64,000 bases of DNA from Terriglobia bacterium (GTDB lineage Bacteria > Acidobacteriota > Polarisedimenticolia > Polarisedimenticolales > JAIQFR01), in assembly GCA_963748015.1 (NCBI GenBank), contig CAVVHE010000004.1, positions 64,001 to 128,000 of the forward strand, read 5' to 3'. Positions 43,709-54,933 of the stretch are shown here, in pieces; position 1 is the first letter of the stretch, and each line of letters begins with the position of its first letter. Made by a program: the position numbers and the translations under genes. The notes beneath the pieces are model-generated. The model was given only the letters and a program-made list of their open reading frames with translations, ran no database searches and was not told where the DNA came from.

Positions 43709-44434
43709 TCACCGCGGCTTCAGGACCTTCGTGATCAGCGCGGCGTGCACGGCCTCCGCGGCGCTCGCAGCACCCAGCAGGTCCGTGTTGACGACGAGGT
43801 CGTAGCCGAGTGGATCGTCGATGTCGCGGTGGTAGACCTGCCGGATGAACGCGGCGCGTCCCGCGTCCGCGGCCCGCACCTTGCGCTCCGCCTCCTTGGC
43901 CGCGATCCCGTCGCGCTCGGAGATTCGCCTCGCGCGGGTGTCGAACGAGGCGATCGCGCGGATTCTCAATCCGTAGCGGGAGTCGAGGAACCAGTTCGCC
44001 CCGCGGCCGAGCAGGATCACGTTGCCGTGCCTCGCCAGCGCCCAGATGACCTTCCCCATCTCCTTCAGGTAGGTGAGCTGGTCGAGGTGGTCCGGCACGA
44101 GGAGCACGTTGAGCAGCTCCTCGAACCGGCTCACGGCCTTCTCGTCGAGGCGGGAGAGGAGCCTGTCGCGCGAGTGCGTCTCCCGTGCGATCGCCTCGAC
44201 GATCTCCTTGTCGAAGATCTGCCAGCCGAGCTTTCTTCCCAGGATTTCCGCCATGCGGCCCGCGTCGGAGCCGAGCTGCTTCGAGAAGGAGATCCACGGC
44301 CCTTCGGGAAGGTGGGCGAACTCCCGTCGCGAGGTCTCGCTCCCCTCGGCGGCCAGCCGCCGCTTCAGGTCCGACTCGTGCACCTGTCGTTGGATGAGGC
44401 GCTCGATGCGAAGATGGTCGGTGTCGGATCCCAT
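43709..44434 (-). CDS. Cytidylate kinase-like family protein
   Basis: ISFSKQLGS, GNVILLGRGA, YDLVVNT. Confidence 0.85.
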   Translation of the reverse strand: MGSDTDHLRIERLIQRQVHESDLKRRLAAEGSETSRREFAHLPEGPWISFSKQLGSDAGRMAEILGRKLGWQIFDKEIVEAIARETHSRDRLLSRLDEKAVSRFEELLNVLLVPDHLDQLTYLKEMGKVIWALARHGNVILLGRGANWFLDSRYGLRIRAIASFDTRARRISERDGIAAKEAERKVRAADAGRAAFIRQVYHRDIDDPLGYDLVVNTDLLGAASAAEAVHAALITKVLKPR

Positions 44435-44500
44435 GGCGCACCTCCAACTTCTCCTTCGATTTTACTACTCTTTCCGGCCCGCGGAGCGCTGCCCGCCGGG

Positions 44501-44516
44501 GCAGCTTCCGTGCCAA
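44501..44516 (-). promoter_or_regulatory. Putative sigma-54 promoter
   Basis: Minus strand TTGGCACGGAAGCTGC fits TGGCAC-N5-TTGC with one mismatch, about 70 nt upstream of the start. Confidence 0.6.
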
Positions 44517-44755
44517 CGAGGCCGGCAAACGGACTCTCGCGGGCAGCGGGCCGGGACCCGGAATCGAGGCTACGGACGATCCCTCCACGGGCGGGACAAC
44601 GCCGCCGCGGCCTCGACCAGAGCGGGGTGGTCCGGAGTGACCCTCGAGTCCCTGAGCCTTGCTCACGAGTTCCGCTTGAGGATTTCGCCCTCTTCCTCCA
44701 AGATCCCGGCCTGGGGGTTCGGCGGCTTCCCGGTCCGGCGCGAGGGGGTGCTGAG

Positions 44756-45766
44756 TTGACTTGCCTCCACCTGGCGATCATCGCGGGCTTGCTGGCTTCG
44801 TCCGTGCAGCCTGGGACACCGGACAAGCCGCTCCGGTTCGCTTGGCCAACCCGCGGCGACGCAACCGTGGAGCTGACCGATGAGCGGAGCGTCGGGGGCG
44901 AGACGCGATCGGTCGTCATCTCGATGCGCCTGCACGTTGAGCCCGACGGTACGTCCGGCCGTTTCGTCCTGCGATTCTCCGACGCCCACATCGTGTCCGT
45001 GGACTACGTTCCCCTCGCCCAGTCGGATCCCACGGCGACGAACGTCGCCGTCGCGCGCGTCATGAGGAGCGCGACGCCGACGATGGTGATCGGTAGCGAC
45101 GGCCGCTACGCGGAGAGCCGGGATCTCGACCGTGCCGTCCGCGAGGTGATCGTCGCCGCGGGATTCCCGCTCATGCCTCCGGGCCTGGGCGCGTTCAAGG
45201 CCCTCCTGAGCGACTCCGCGCGATCCGACTGGAACGGCTGGGTGGGTGCTTGGCTCGGAAGGAGCCTGAAGCCGGGGGCTTGGACGCGGATCGAAGGCGT
45301 CTGGCCGCTCGACGACACGCCCGTGCCGGTGAAGGTGACTCTCCGCGGACTTCCGTCGGGCGCCGCGCCGGGGAGAACAAAGCTCCAGGCCACGGCGGTT
45401 TACCCCTCGAAATCGGTCCGGCGCTACGCCGGCGGATTCCTGATCGACATGGCCCGCGACGCGAAGGAACTCGGAGACGACGACACCGTCGCGAGCGCTC
45501 GATTCCTGGAGCGCGCGCAGTTCAGCCCCGTGACCGAGAAGCTCACCGCGGATCTCGAGACCGCGACGATGAGACCGCTCCTCGTGGAGCGTGAGCGCGC
45601 ATTCTCGGCGGTCGCCGACGGGCACTGGGTCAGCGGAAACGAAAGGCGAACGCACCGGTTCACCTGGACCGCAGCCGAGGCGTCTCCCTCCGGGGGAAAG
45701 GACGTCGATCCGCGCGCGCCGGCCGATCTCGCCGGGCCGGAGCCCGGCTCGTCGCGCGGCAAGTAA
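44756..45766 (+). CDS. Secreted hypothetical protein
   Basis: Protein-like 3' part of ORF 43745..45766; signal-like N-terminus from a TTG start. Confidence 0.6.
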   Translation: MTCLHLAIIAGLLASSVQPGTPDKPLRFAWPTRGDATVELTDERSVGGETRSVVISMRLHVEPDGTSGRFVLRFSDAHIVSVDYVPLAQSDPTATNVAVARVMRSATPTMVIGSDGRYAESRDLDRAVREVIVAAGFPLMPPGLGAFKALLSDSARSDWNGWVGAWLGRSLKPGAWTRIEGVWPLDDTPVPVKVTLRGLPSGAAPGRTKLQATAVYPSKSVRRYAGGFLIDMARDAKELGDDDTVASARFLERAQFSPVTEKLTADLETATMRPLLVERERAFSAVADGHWVSGNERRTHRFTWTAAEASPSGGKDVDPRAPADLAGPEPGSSRGK

Positions 45767-45864
45767 CGCGGTCCCTGGAGCCGGAGCCTCCGCGAGGAAG
45801 TTCCTGCTTCGCGGATCGTCGTCCGGCCGCGGTCCCCGCAGTTCCGGAGGCGGAGGGCACCCCG

Positions 45865-46932
45865 CTACGAGACGCGGCCGCGGCGCCCGGGCGTGAACGG
45901 GCGCAGCGGCCCCCGCCGCTCCAGGAACACCGGCACGCGGCGGACGAAGCTGTACTCGGCGGCGCGGCGGTGGATCGCCTTGACCTCGGCGAGGCCGATC
46001 CGGTCCAGGAGGAGGCGGTTCTCGCGCGTCTGGTCGGTGCCGCTCACCGTCGTGTTGTCGGTGCAGATCGCGACCGGGATGCCGTGCTCGAGGAAGGCGA
46101 AGACCGGGTGGGGCTCGCCGGCGGGGACCGCGCCGGTCTGGAAGTTGGAGGTCGGGCAGCACTCGACGAGGATCTTGTCTCGCGCGAGGCGACGGAGGAG
46201 CTTCTTGTCCCGGATCGCGGAGCAGCCGTGGCCGATCCGGTCGGCGCCGAGGACGTCCACCGCCTCCCAGATCCGCTCGGGCCCCTCGTCCTCGCCGGCG
46301 TGGACCGTCATGCCGAGGCCCCCCCGGCGGGCGATCTCGTAGGCCTCGCGGAACAGGCCGGGCGGGTTCCCGCGCTCGGCCCCGGCGAGGTCGAAGCCGA
46401 TCACGCCGGTCCGCTCGTGGAGGTGCTGCGCCTCCGCGATCGCCCCCCGCGCGATGATCTTCGCGATGTGCGGCCCGTGCTGGCGCATCGAGATCACGAT
46501 CAGGCCGGTCTCGAGGTCCCCGTGGCGGCGGACGGCGTGGTTCAGCCCCGAGAGGACCGCGCGGATGGACTGCCTCAGGGTCAGCCCGCCGAACGTGTGG
46601 ATCGCGGGGGAATAGCGCAGCTCGAGGGTCCGTACGCCGTTGGCGTACGCCTCTTCCACGATGTCCTCCGTCACCCGCGTGATGTTCTCGTAGAACTGGG
46701 TGATCCAGAGCGGGTAGTGGAACTTGTCCAGGTAGGAGAGGAGCGACCCCTCGTCCTCCGGCTGGAGCTGCAGGAGCCGCCGCATCTCGCTCAGGGTCGG
46801 CACGGGGTTCAGGCCGTGCTTCTTCATCAGCGCCCACGTTGTCCGGATCGGGATCGAGCCGTCCACGTGCTGGTGCAGCTCGGCTTTGGGGATGGCGACG
46901 ATCGCCCGGTCGGAGGCCTTGATCCGCGACAT
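45865..46932 (-). CDS. add: Adenosine deaminase family protein
   Basis: PKAELHQHVDG, ELRYSP, HAGE, RIGHG, CPTSN, TDN. Confidence 0.88.
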   Translation of the reverse strand: MSRIKASDRAIVAIPKAELHQHVDGSIPIRTTWALMKKHGLNPVPTLSEMRRLLQLQPEDEGSLLSYLDKFHYPLWITQFYENITRVTEDIVEEAYANGVRTLELRYSPAIHTFGGLTLRQSIRAVLSGLNHAVRRHGDLETGLIVISMRQHGPHIAKIIARGAIAEAQHLHERTGVIGFDLAGAERGNPPGLFREAYEIARRGGLGMTVHAGEDEGPERIWEAVDVLGADRIGHGCSAIRDKKLLRRLARDKILVECCPTSNFQTGAVPAGEPHPVFAFLEHGIPVAICTDNTTVSGTDQTRENRLLLDRIGLAEVKAIHRRAAEYSFVRRVPVFLERRGPLRPFTPGRRGRVS

Positions 46933-47018
46933 TGCTCGCCCTTTCCGCCGCTTTCCTGCCGGTTGGCGGCCCTGCCGCCGGAGTATAATCTCGCCTCTTA
47001 AACGCAGAAAGGTCGTCA

Positions 47019-49154
47019 TTGATGCCGCTCGACCGACCCCCTATCCGGCTGGTATTGCTCTGGCATTTCCACCAGCCGGATTACACGGACAGCTTCACCG
47101 GCGCCGCCTCGATGCCCTGGACCCGCCTGCATGCCCTGAAGGACTACGCGGACATCGCCGAGCACCTGGCCCTGCACCCGCGCATCCGGGCCACGATCAA
47201 CGTCGTCCCGTCGCTCCTCGACCAGATCCGCGACATCGCGAGCGGCAAGGCCCCGCCCGATCCCTTTCAGGTGGTCGCCGAGCGCCCGGCCTCGTCCCTC
47301 TCCGCCGACGAGCGGCGCTTCGTGGTGAGCCAGTTCTTCTCGTTCAACCGGGACACGATGGCGAAGGGGCTTCGCCGGATCGCGGAGCTGGCGGCCCTCC
47401 GCGGGGACTACGGTCTCGAGGACCTGCCGGCCTCGGTGGTCGAGCGCTTCGACGAGGCCGCCATCCGCGACCTCCAGGTGCTCTTCCACCTCGTCTGGAG
47501 CGGCCCGCTCCTCCACGCCGACCCCCGCGTGCGCGCGCTCCGCGAGAAGGGCCACCGGTACACCGAGGACGACAAGCGGGCGCTCTTCGGGATCCAGAAG
47601 GAGTTCCTGAAGGACGTGCTTCCCAGGTGGAAGCGGCTGTTCGAGGCGGGACAGGTGGAGTTCTCGGTCACCCCTTACTACCACCCGATCCTGCCGCTCC
47701 TCTGCGGGCTCGAGTCGGCCCGCGAGGCGCTGCCCGGGATCCGCCTCCCCGCGGCCTCGTTCCACCACCCGGAGGATGCGCGGATCCAGCTCGACCAGGC
47801 TCTCCGGAGCTTCGAGGCGGAGTTCGGTCGCACCGCCGCGGGAGGCTGGCCGTCCGAGGGCTCGATCTCGGAGACCTCCCTCGGCCTGATGGCCGATGCC
47901 GGATACCGCTGGGCGGCGAGCGACGAGGACGTCCTCTTCGGCTCGCTCGGCGAGACGCTGCCGGCGGACCGGGCGGAGGTCGGCCGCGGGACGCTGCTGT
48001 ACAGGCCGTGGCGGTACGGGAACGGTCCCGTCCTGCTCTTCCGCGACCACGATCTCTCGGACCGGATCGGCTTCGTTTACTCCGCGTGGCCGGCGGCCTC
48101 CGCGGTCGAGGACTTCCTGCGGCGGCTCCACCACCTGCGCGCGGCGCTCCCCCCCGAGGAGGGGCCGTACACCGTCTCGGTCATCCTCGACGGGGAGAAC
48201 GCCTGGGAGTACTACCCCGACAACGGAAAGGTCTTCCTCGACTCCCTTTACTCGGCCCTCGAGTCCGACCCCGGCATCGTGACGATGACCGCGGCGGAGG
48301 CGGCCGACCCCGCGGCCGCGAGGCCGCTTCCGAGGGTGGTCGCGGGCTCCTGGATCGGAAGGAACCTCGCGACCTGGATCGGGCATCCCGAGAAGAACCG
48401 GGCCTGGGAGCTGCTGGCGGAGACGAGGGACGCGATCGAGAGGGCGCGCGGGGCGCCGAGCTTCGAGGATCCCGCCTGGCGGGCCGTGTTCGCGGCCGAG
48501 GGGAGCGACTGGTTCTGGTGGTTCGGCGACGATCACCCGACCGCCCACGCGGCGGAGTTCGACGCGAACTTCCGCCGCAAGCTCCGCTCGGCCTACCGAG
48601 CCGCGGACGTCGAACCCCCGGCGGCGCTGACGGAGCCGATCCGGCGGCACGCGGCCCGGGGGTTCGTCCCTCCGAACGGTCCCGTCCGGGCGACCGTGGA
48701 CGGGCGCGTCACGGACTACTTCGAGTGGCTCACCGCGGGGCGAGCCGAGGCGGCGTCGGGGGCCATGCAGTCGTCGGCGAGGCTGATTCGCGAGCTTCGG
48801 TTCGGACGCGACGACGGGACTCTCTTCCTGCGGCTCGACCCGTTCGAGCCTCCCGCCTCGGCGAGCCTCGGGGGGGCGGTCCTGATCGTCCGGGTCCCCG
48901 GCGCGCCGGAGCGGACGCTGCGCGTCCCGCTCCCCGAGCGGGGCGCGGGGGGTGCCGCCGGCGTCCGGGTCGCGGTGGACCGTATCGTCGAGGCGGCGGT
49001 GCCTGTCGCGGCGCTCGCGGGTCCCGGCGAGGCGGTGAGATTCCAGGTGGAGATCGAGAAGGGGCAGGGCGTTGCGCAGCGCGTGCCCGCCGAGGGAAGC
49101 GTGGCGGTACCCTCTCCGGAGGACGACCCCGCGCAGTTCGACTGGATCCTGTAG
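47019..49154 (+). CDS. GH57 family amylopullulanase/alpha-amylase
   Basis: WHFHQP, PYYHPILP, WPSEG, ILDGENAW, AEGSDWFWW. Confidence 0.93.
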   Translation: MMPLDRPPIRLVLLWHFHQPDYTDSFTGAASMPWTRLHALKDYADIAEHLALHPRIRATINVVPSLLDQIRDIASGKAPPDPFQVVAERPASSLSADERRFVVSQFFSFNRDTMAKGLRRIAELAALRGDYGLEDLPASVVERFDEAAIRDLQVLFHLVWSGPLLHADPRVRALREKGHRYTEDDKRALFGIQKEFLKDVLPRWKRLFEAGQVEFSVTPYYHPILPLLCGLESAREALPGIRLPAASFHHPEDARIQLDQALRSFEAEFGRTAAGGWPSEGSISETSLGLMADAGYRWAASDEDVLFGSLGETLPADRAEVGRGTLLYRPWRYGNGPVLLFRDHDLSDRIGFVYSAWPAASAVEDFLRRLHHLRAALPPEEGPYTVSVILDGENAWEYYPDNGKVFLDSLYSALESDPGIVTMTAAEAADPAAARPLPRVVAGSWIGRNLATWIGHPEKNRAWELLAETRDAIERARGAPSFEDPAWRAVFAAEGSDWFWWFGDDHPTAHAAEFDANFRRKLRSAYRAADVEPPAALTEPIRRHAARGFVPPNGPVRATVDGRVTDYFEWLTAGRAEAASGAMQSSARLIRELRFGRDDGTLFLRLDPFEPPASASLGGAVLIVRVPGAPERTLRVPLPERGAGGAAGVRVAVDRIVEAAVPVAALAGPGEAVRFQVEIEKGQGVAQRVPAEGSVAVPSPEDDPAQFDWIL

Positions 49155-49167
49155 GAGGAGAGACGCC

Positions 49168-50193
49168 ATGAAGACGATCGGCATCCTGACTGGCGGGGGC
49201 GACTGCCCCGGCCTGAACGCGGTGATACGGGCGGTGGTGCGGCGGGCGGGCGGACGAGGCCATCGCATCCTCGGCATCCGCAAGGGGTGGAAGGGGATGA
49301 TCGTGGGGGACGCGGTCGAGCTGACCCTGGCCACCACGTCGGGGATCCTGCACCGGGGCGGCACGATCCTCGGGACGAGTCGCACGAACCCGTACAAGAA
49401 GCCGGAGGACCTCGAGAAGGTCGAGGAGAACTTCCGCGCGCTGGGCCTCGACGCGCTGATCGCGGTCGGGGGCGAGGACACCCTCGGGGTCGCGGCGCGC
49501 CTCGCGGCGGCGGGGCACCCCGTCGTCGGCGTGCCGAAGACGATCGACAACGACCTGTCGGGGACCGACGTCACGTTCGGCTTCGACACCGCCGTGTCGA
49601 TTGCGACCGAGGCGGTGGACCGGCTGCACAGCACGGCGGAGTCCCATGACCGAACGATCGTCGTGGAGGTGATGGGCCGGCACGCGGGCTGGATCGCCCT
49701 TCATACCGGCCTCGCCGGCGGCGCCGACTACATCCTGGTCCCGGAGCGGCCGGTGGACGTGGACGCGGTCTGCGACGCGATCAGGAGCCGGAGGGCGCGC
49801 GGCAAGAACTTCAGCATCATCGTCGCCGCCGAGGGAGCGGTCCTTCCGGAAGGGGCGGTGACGAAGGACGTCGAGAAGGACGCCTTCGGTCACGTTCTCC
49901 TCGGCGGGATCGGGGAGCGGCTCGCGAAGGAGATCGAGAAGCGCACCGGCTTCGAGACCCGATCGGTGACCCTCGGCCACGTGCAGCGCGGCGGCACGCC
50001 GACGGCGTACGACCGGGTGCTGGCGAGCCGCTACGGCCTTCTCGCCGCCGACCTGGTCGAGGAGGGGAAGTTCGGCATGATGGCGGCTCTCCGAGGCGGG
50101 AAGTTCGAGCCGGTCCCCCTCGCGGACGCCGTGGCGGAGCTCAAGACGGTAGACGCGCCGCTCCTCGACCTCGCGGGCGTATTCTTCGGGTAG
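49168..50193 (+). CDS. pfkA: 6-phosphofructokinase (group III; PPi-type signature)
   Basis: TGGGDCPGLN, GGEDT, PKTIDND, EVMGRHAG, LGHVQRGG. Confidence 0.93.
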   Translation: MKTIGILTGGGDCPGLNAVIRAVVRRAGGRGHRILGIRKGWKGMIVGDAVELTLATTSGILHRGGTILGTSRTNPYKKPEDLEKVEENFRALGLDALIAVGGEDTLGVAARLAAAGHPVVGVPKTIDNDLSGTDVTFGFDTAVSIATEAVDRLHSTAESHDRTIVVEVMGRHAGWIALHTGLAGGADYILVPERPVDVDAVCDAIRSRRARGKNFSIIVAAEGAVLPEGAVTKDVEKDAFGHVLLGGIGERLAKEIEKRTGFETRSVTLGHVQRGGTPTAYDRVLASRYGLLAADLVEEGKFGMMAALRGGKFEPVPLADAVAELKTVDAPLLDLAGVFFG

Positions 50194-50230
50194 CACTTCG
50201 GGGCGAACGCGCCCCGGGAAAGGACAACGG

Positions 50231-51262
50231 ATGTCGGAGCTGCGACACGACCCGCTCTCGAGGCGGTGGGTGATCATCGCGAAAGAGCGGAGCCGGAGGC
50301 CCGAGGACTTCATCCTGCCGCGGGAGCCTTATCCCGAGCCGAAATTCTGCCCGTTCTGCGCCGGGAACGAGGACAAGACCCCTCCCGAGATCACCGCGAT
50401 CCGCCCCTACGGCTCCCCGCCGAACACCCCCGGCTGGGAGGCGCGCGTCTTCCCGAACAAGTACCCGGCGCTGGCGATCGAGGGGGAGCTCGAGCGCCGC
50501 GCGGTCGGCATGTACGACCGGATGCGGGGGATCGGCGCCCACGAGGTGATCGTCGAGACGCCGACGCACGACCTCCACCTCGCGGACATGGAGCCCACGC
50601 AGATCGAGAAGATTCTCGCGCTCTGCCAGGACCGGCTGCGGGACCTGATGCGGGACGCGCGATTCAAGTACTCGCTCCTGTTCAAGAATCACGGGGCGGC
50701 CGCGGGGGCGGCGCTCTCGCACCCGCACCTGCAGATCATCTCGACCCCGGTCACGCCGAGAGCGATCTCGGTGGAGCTCGAGTCGGCGCGGCAGCACTAT
50801 CACCTGAAGGAGCGGTGCATCTACTGCGACCTGCTGCTCCAGGAGATCGAGGCGCGTGAGCGGATCGTGATCCTCGACGAGCATTTCGCGGTGTTCACGC
50901 CGTACGCCTCGCGGTTCCCGTTCGAGATGCTGCTGATCCCGCGGCGCCACTGCCACTCGTTCGCCGAGGAGCCGCGGCCCGTGCTCGCGGCTCTCGGCCG
51001 CTGCCTGCAGGACCTGATGGCGCGGCTCAAGGGGGTGCTCCGCGATCCCCCGTACAACTTCATGGTGCACACGTCCCCCAACACGGAGACGCTGGTCCGC
51101 CGCCGGAACTACTGGGACACCCTGCCGCTCGACTTCCACTGGCACATCGAGATCCTGCCGCGCCTGACGCGCGTGGCGGGTTTCGAGTGGGGGAGCGGCT
51201 TCTACATCAACCCGACCGCCCCGGAGGAAGCCGCGGCATTCCTCCGGGAGGCGATCCTCTGA
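50231..51262 (+). CDS. galT: GalT-family hexose-1-phosphate nucleotidyltransferase
   Basis: CPFCAGNE, NKYPAL, GAHEVI, HPHLQ, HWHIEI. Confidence 0.9.
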   Translation: MSELRHDPLSRRWVIIAKERSRRPEDFILPREPYPEPKFCPFCAGNEDKTPPEITAIRPYGSPPNTPGWEARVFPNKYPALAIEGELERRAVGMYDRMRGIGAHEVIVETPTHDLHLADMEPTQIEKILALCQDRLRDLMRDARFKYSLLFKNHGAAAGAALSHPHLQIISTPVTPRAISVELESARQHYHLKERCIYCDLLLQEIEARERIVILDEHFAVFTPYASRFPFEMLLIPRRHCHSFAEEPRPVLAALGRCLQDLMARLKGVLRDPPYNFMVHTSPNTETLVRRRNYWDTLPLDFHWHIEILPRLTRVAGFEWGSGFYINPTAPEEAAAFLREAIL

Positions 51263-51269
51263 GGGGCAC

Positions 51270-52760
51270 GTGCGCGTCCTGATGGCTTCCGCGGAGCTGT
51301 GGCCCCTCGCCAAGGTCGGCGGTCTCGCCGACATGGTGGGGTCGCTCGCCCGCGCCCTCGGCGGCCTCGGGCACGAGGTGGTCTGCGCGCTCCCGCGGTT
51401 TCCGGAGACGGATGCGGCCCTCGGACAGGGCGCGCGCGAGACCGGTGCGTCCGAGGTGGAGGTGAAGGTCAGGCGCGGGCGCGGGGCCGTCCGCATCGTG
51501 CGGGTCGAGGGCGGCGCCCTCCCGTCGGCCGTCCTGCTCTTCGACCACGAGCTGCTCCGCCGTCCCGGGATCTACGTGGATCCGGCGACGCGTCTCGGCT
51601 ACGCGGACAACGGGTTGCGCTGGGCCCTCTTCTGCCGGGCGGTCCACGCCTTCCTGGGCACGGACGGCTGGGTGCCGGACATCGTCCACGCCCACGACCA
51701 CCAGACGGCCCTGGTCCCGGCCCTGATCCGGTGGGTCGAGCCGCACGGGGCCGCCCGACCCGCCAGCGTGTTCACCATCCACAATCTCGGCTACCAGGGG
51801 ATCGAGCCGCGGTCCTGGGTCGAGGACTCGGGACTCCCGCCGGGGCTCGATCTTCCGGGCGGCCCGCTGGAGTTTCACGGCAAGGCCAACCTGATGAAGC
51901 TCGGGCTCGAGGCGGCCGACCTGCTCACCACGGTCTCCCCGCGGTACGCCGAGGAGATCCGCAGCGGACCGGAGTTCGGGGCGGGGCTCGAGGGGGTGCT
52001 CTCCGGAAAAGCCTCCCGCCTGACCGGGATCCTGAACGGGATCGACACCGAGGTCTGGAATCCCGCCACCGATCCGCACCTGCCGTTCCATTACGGTCCC
52101 GGCAGCCTCGAGAACAAGGCGAAGGTCAAGGAGGCGCTCCTCCGGGAAGCGGGGCTCACGCCCCCCGGGCCGGGCGTTCCGCTCGTGGGGATGGTCACGC
52201 GACTCGTGGGACAGAAGGGGCTCGACCTCTTGGTGCCGGTGCTCGACGCGATCCTCGAGGACGGGATCCGGATCGCGATCCTCGGCGAGGGCGAGGCGCG
52301 CTTCGAGAGCGCGCTTCGGGAGGCCGCGTCGAGGCACCCGGGGTGTCTCGCGTTCATGACGGGGCACGACGAGGGGCTCGCGCACCGCATCGAGGCGGGC
52401 TCCGACGTCTTCCTCATGCCGTCCCACTACGAGCCGTGCGGGCTGAATCAGATGTACAGCCTGCGCTACGGGACCGTCCCGCTGGTCCGTGCGGTGGGGG
52501 GGCTCGCCGACACGGTGGTGGATCTCGACGAGAACCCCGAGCGCTCGAACGGCTTCGTGTTCCGGGCCTACGAGCCGGCGGACCTGCTCCTGACGGTGCG
52601 CCGCGCGGCGCGCGCCTTCCGCGAGCGGAAGCTCTGGCGCGGGCTCGTCGAGCGAGGGATGAGAGCGGATTTCTCGTGGGATCGCTCGGCGCGGGAGTAC
52701 GTGGCGGTTTACGAGCGGGCGGTCGCCGAGCGCTCGCGCAGGCGTCCGGGGAACGCATGA
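51270..52760 (+). CDS. glgA: Glycogen synthase
   Basis: KVGGLAD, HAHDHQ, TIHNLGYQG, EPCGLNQMYSLRYG. Confidence 0.95.
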   Translation: MRVLMASAELWPLAKVGGLADMVGSLARALGGLGHEVVCALPRFPETDAALGQGARETGASEVEVKVRRGRGAVRIVRVEGGALPSAVLLFDHELLRRPGIYVDPATRLGYADNGLRWALFCRAVHAFLGTDGWVPDIVHAHDHQTALVPALIRWVEPHGAARPASVFTIHNLGYQGIEPRSWVEDSGLPPGLDLPGGPLEFHGKANLMKLGLEAADLLTTVSPRYAEEIRSGPEFGAGLEGVLSGKASRLTGILNGIDTEVWNPATDPHLPFHYGPGSLENKAKVKEALLREAGLTPPGPGVPLVGMVTRLVGQKGLDLLVPVLDAILEDGIRIAILGEGEARFESALREAASRHPGCLAFMTGHDEGLAHRIEAGSDVFLMPSHYEPCGLNQMYSLRYGTVPLVRAVGGLADTVVDLDENPERSNGFVFRAYEPADLLLTVRRAARAFRERKLWRGLVERGMRADFSWDRSAREYVAVYERAVAERSRRRPGNA

Positions 52761-54933
52761 CCGGCGACATGAGTTCCGGCGCGTCCGGGATGCCCCTCGC
52801 CTGCGAGGACGTGATCCTGCGCCTCCTCGAGGTCGGCCGCCTCGGCGCGGCGGTCTTCGGGGCCGACCGGCAAGTGCTGTGGGCGGCCGGCGTGCTCCCG
52901 AGTGTCGCCGCCGAGGAGGCCTTGGGAAAGTCGTGCACCGAGGTCCTCGCGGGGTGCGACCAGCCTTGCGAGCCCTGCCTCCTGGAGCGGAGCGTGCAGG
53001 AGGGGCCCCTGCGGCGCATCCTCCGCCCGGTGCGGAATCACGAGACCCGCCCGCGGGTCTACGAGGTGATCGTCGCCCCGCTGCAGGTGCAGGGGCAGGC
53101 GGGGCCGCACTGGCTCGAGCTGGTGCGGGAGATTCGCGGGGCCGAGGGGATCGAGCAGTTCTTCCAGGGCGGGACGATGGACCTCGTCCGGCTCATCGCG
53201 GGCTGGTCCATCCCGGTCGTGCTGGTGGACGCGCAGGGGGTGATCCGCGCCTGGAACCGCGGGGCTGCCGCGCTCTACGGCCGGCCGGGGGAGGAGGCGG
53301 TCGGCCTCCGCTGGAGCGAGCTCGCCGGGGAGGTCGTGCCGGTCGCCCCCGAGACGTCCCCCGGCACCTCGACCCTGCGCTACGAGGCCCAGCATCGCGG
53401 GCGCGACGGGCAGCAGCTCCGTGTCATGGTGACCCGCACCGACCTCACGGGGGTCGAGGGAGAGAGCCAGGGGGCGTTTTACCTCGTTCTCGACCTGACC
53501 GGCTCCAAGGCCCTCGAGCGCAGCCTCGAGCGGCGCGTCGCCCAGCTGTCGATCATCCGCGAGATCGCCGAGGCCCTGCAGTCCGCGATGGGCCTGAACG
53601 AGATCCTGCGGACGATCCTCGTGGGCGCGACGGCGGGGGAGGGGCTGCGCTTCAACCGCGCGTTCCTCCTCCTCGCCGACGAGAAGCGCGGCGAGCTTCG
53701 GGGACGGGTGGCGATCGGGCCCTCCGATCCCGAGGAGGCGCACCGGATCTGGGACGAGCTGTCCCGCGCGAACGCCGGCTTGAGACGGCTCCTGAGGGAG
53801 TACGAGCCGTTCGTCGAGAGGACGAGCAGCCGCGTGAACGAGATCGTCCGGGGTATCAGCGCGCGCCTCGCCGACCGGGACAACTTCCTGGTCGCGGCCC
53901 TCGGCTCCCACTCCACGGTGCGCGTCGAGGGCGGGCGCGAGATGCCCTCGGGCCGGCCGGTGAGCCCGTCGCTCCTCGACCGGCTCGGGGTGCGGGACTT
54001 CGTCGCGGTGCCGCTCGTCGCCGAGGGGAAGCCGGTCGGCCTGCTTCTCGCGGACAACGCGATCACGGGCCGTCCGATCGAGGACGAGGACGTCGGCGTG
54101 CTCGAGCTCCTCGGGATGCAGGCGGGCCTCGCCATCGAGCGGGCGCGGCTGATCGGCGAGCTCGAGACCCAGGTGGCGTCCCTCGAGAAGGCGACCCAGG
54201 AGATCCGCGAGAACCAGGAGCGGCTCCTGCGGACCGAGCGCCTGTCCGCGGTCGGCGAGATGGCCGCGCGCGTCGTGCACGAGATCCGGAACCCGCTCGT
54301 GGCGATCGGCGGGTTCGCGAGGTCGCTCCTGCGCGAGGTTCCTCCGCAGGACACGAAGCGCGAGTCGATCCAGATCATCGTCGACGAGGTGCGACGGCTC
54401 GAGACGATCGTGCGGGAGGTGCTCGACTACTCGCGCCCCGCGGTCCCGCGGATCTCGCGGGTGGACCTTGCTCAGCTCGCGGTCGAGGCGCTCGACCTGC
54501 TCCGCTGGGAAGTGGACGATGCCGGGGTCGTGGGGCGCCTCGAGGCCGAGCAGGGGCTCCCCAAGGCGGCCGCCGACCGCAACCAGCTCTTCCAGGCCCT
54601 CGTCAACATCATGCGGAACGGCGTCCACGCCATGCCCCACGGCGGGAACGCTCACGCTGCGCGTGCGCGAGCGTGCCGGGCGGGCTCGAACTGGCGGTGG
54701 AGGACACGGGCGTCGGGATGCCCGGCGGAGCTCAAGGCGGCGGATCTTCGAGCCCTTTTTCACCACGAAGGCGACCGGCTCGGGGCTCGGCCTCACCATC
54801 GCGAGCGCAGATCATCGGCGATCACGGGGGCGAGATCCACGTCGAGAGCCAGGTCGGGTCCGGAACGACGGTTTACCTGCGGTTCCCGGCGGCGGAGGAG
54901 GGACCGAACGATGCCCAAGATCCTGGTCGTTGA
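52757..54933 (+). CDS. PAS/GAF sensor histidine kinase; about five frameshifts in the HATPase domain
   Basis: PAS, GAF (FNRAFLLL), HEIRNPL; EDTGVG, FEPFFTTK, GSGLGL and DHGGEI lie in shifting frames at 54640-54830. Confidence 0.85.
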
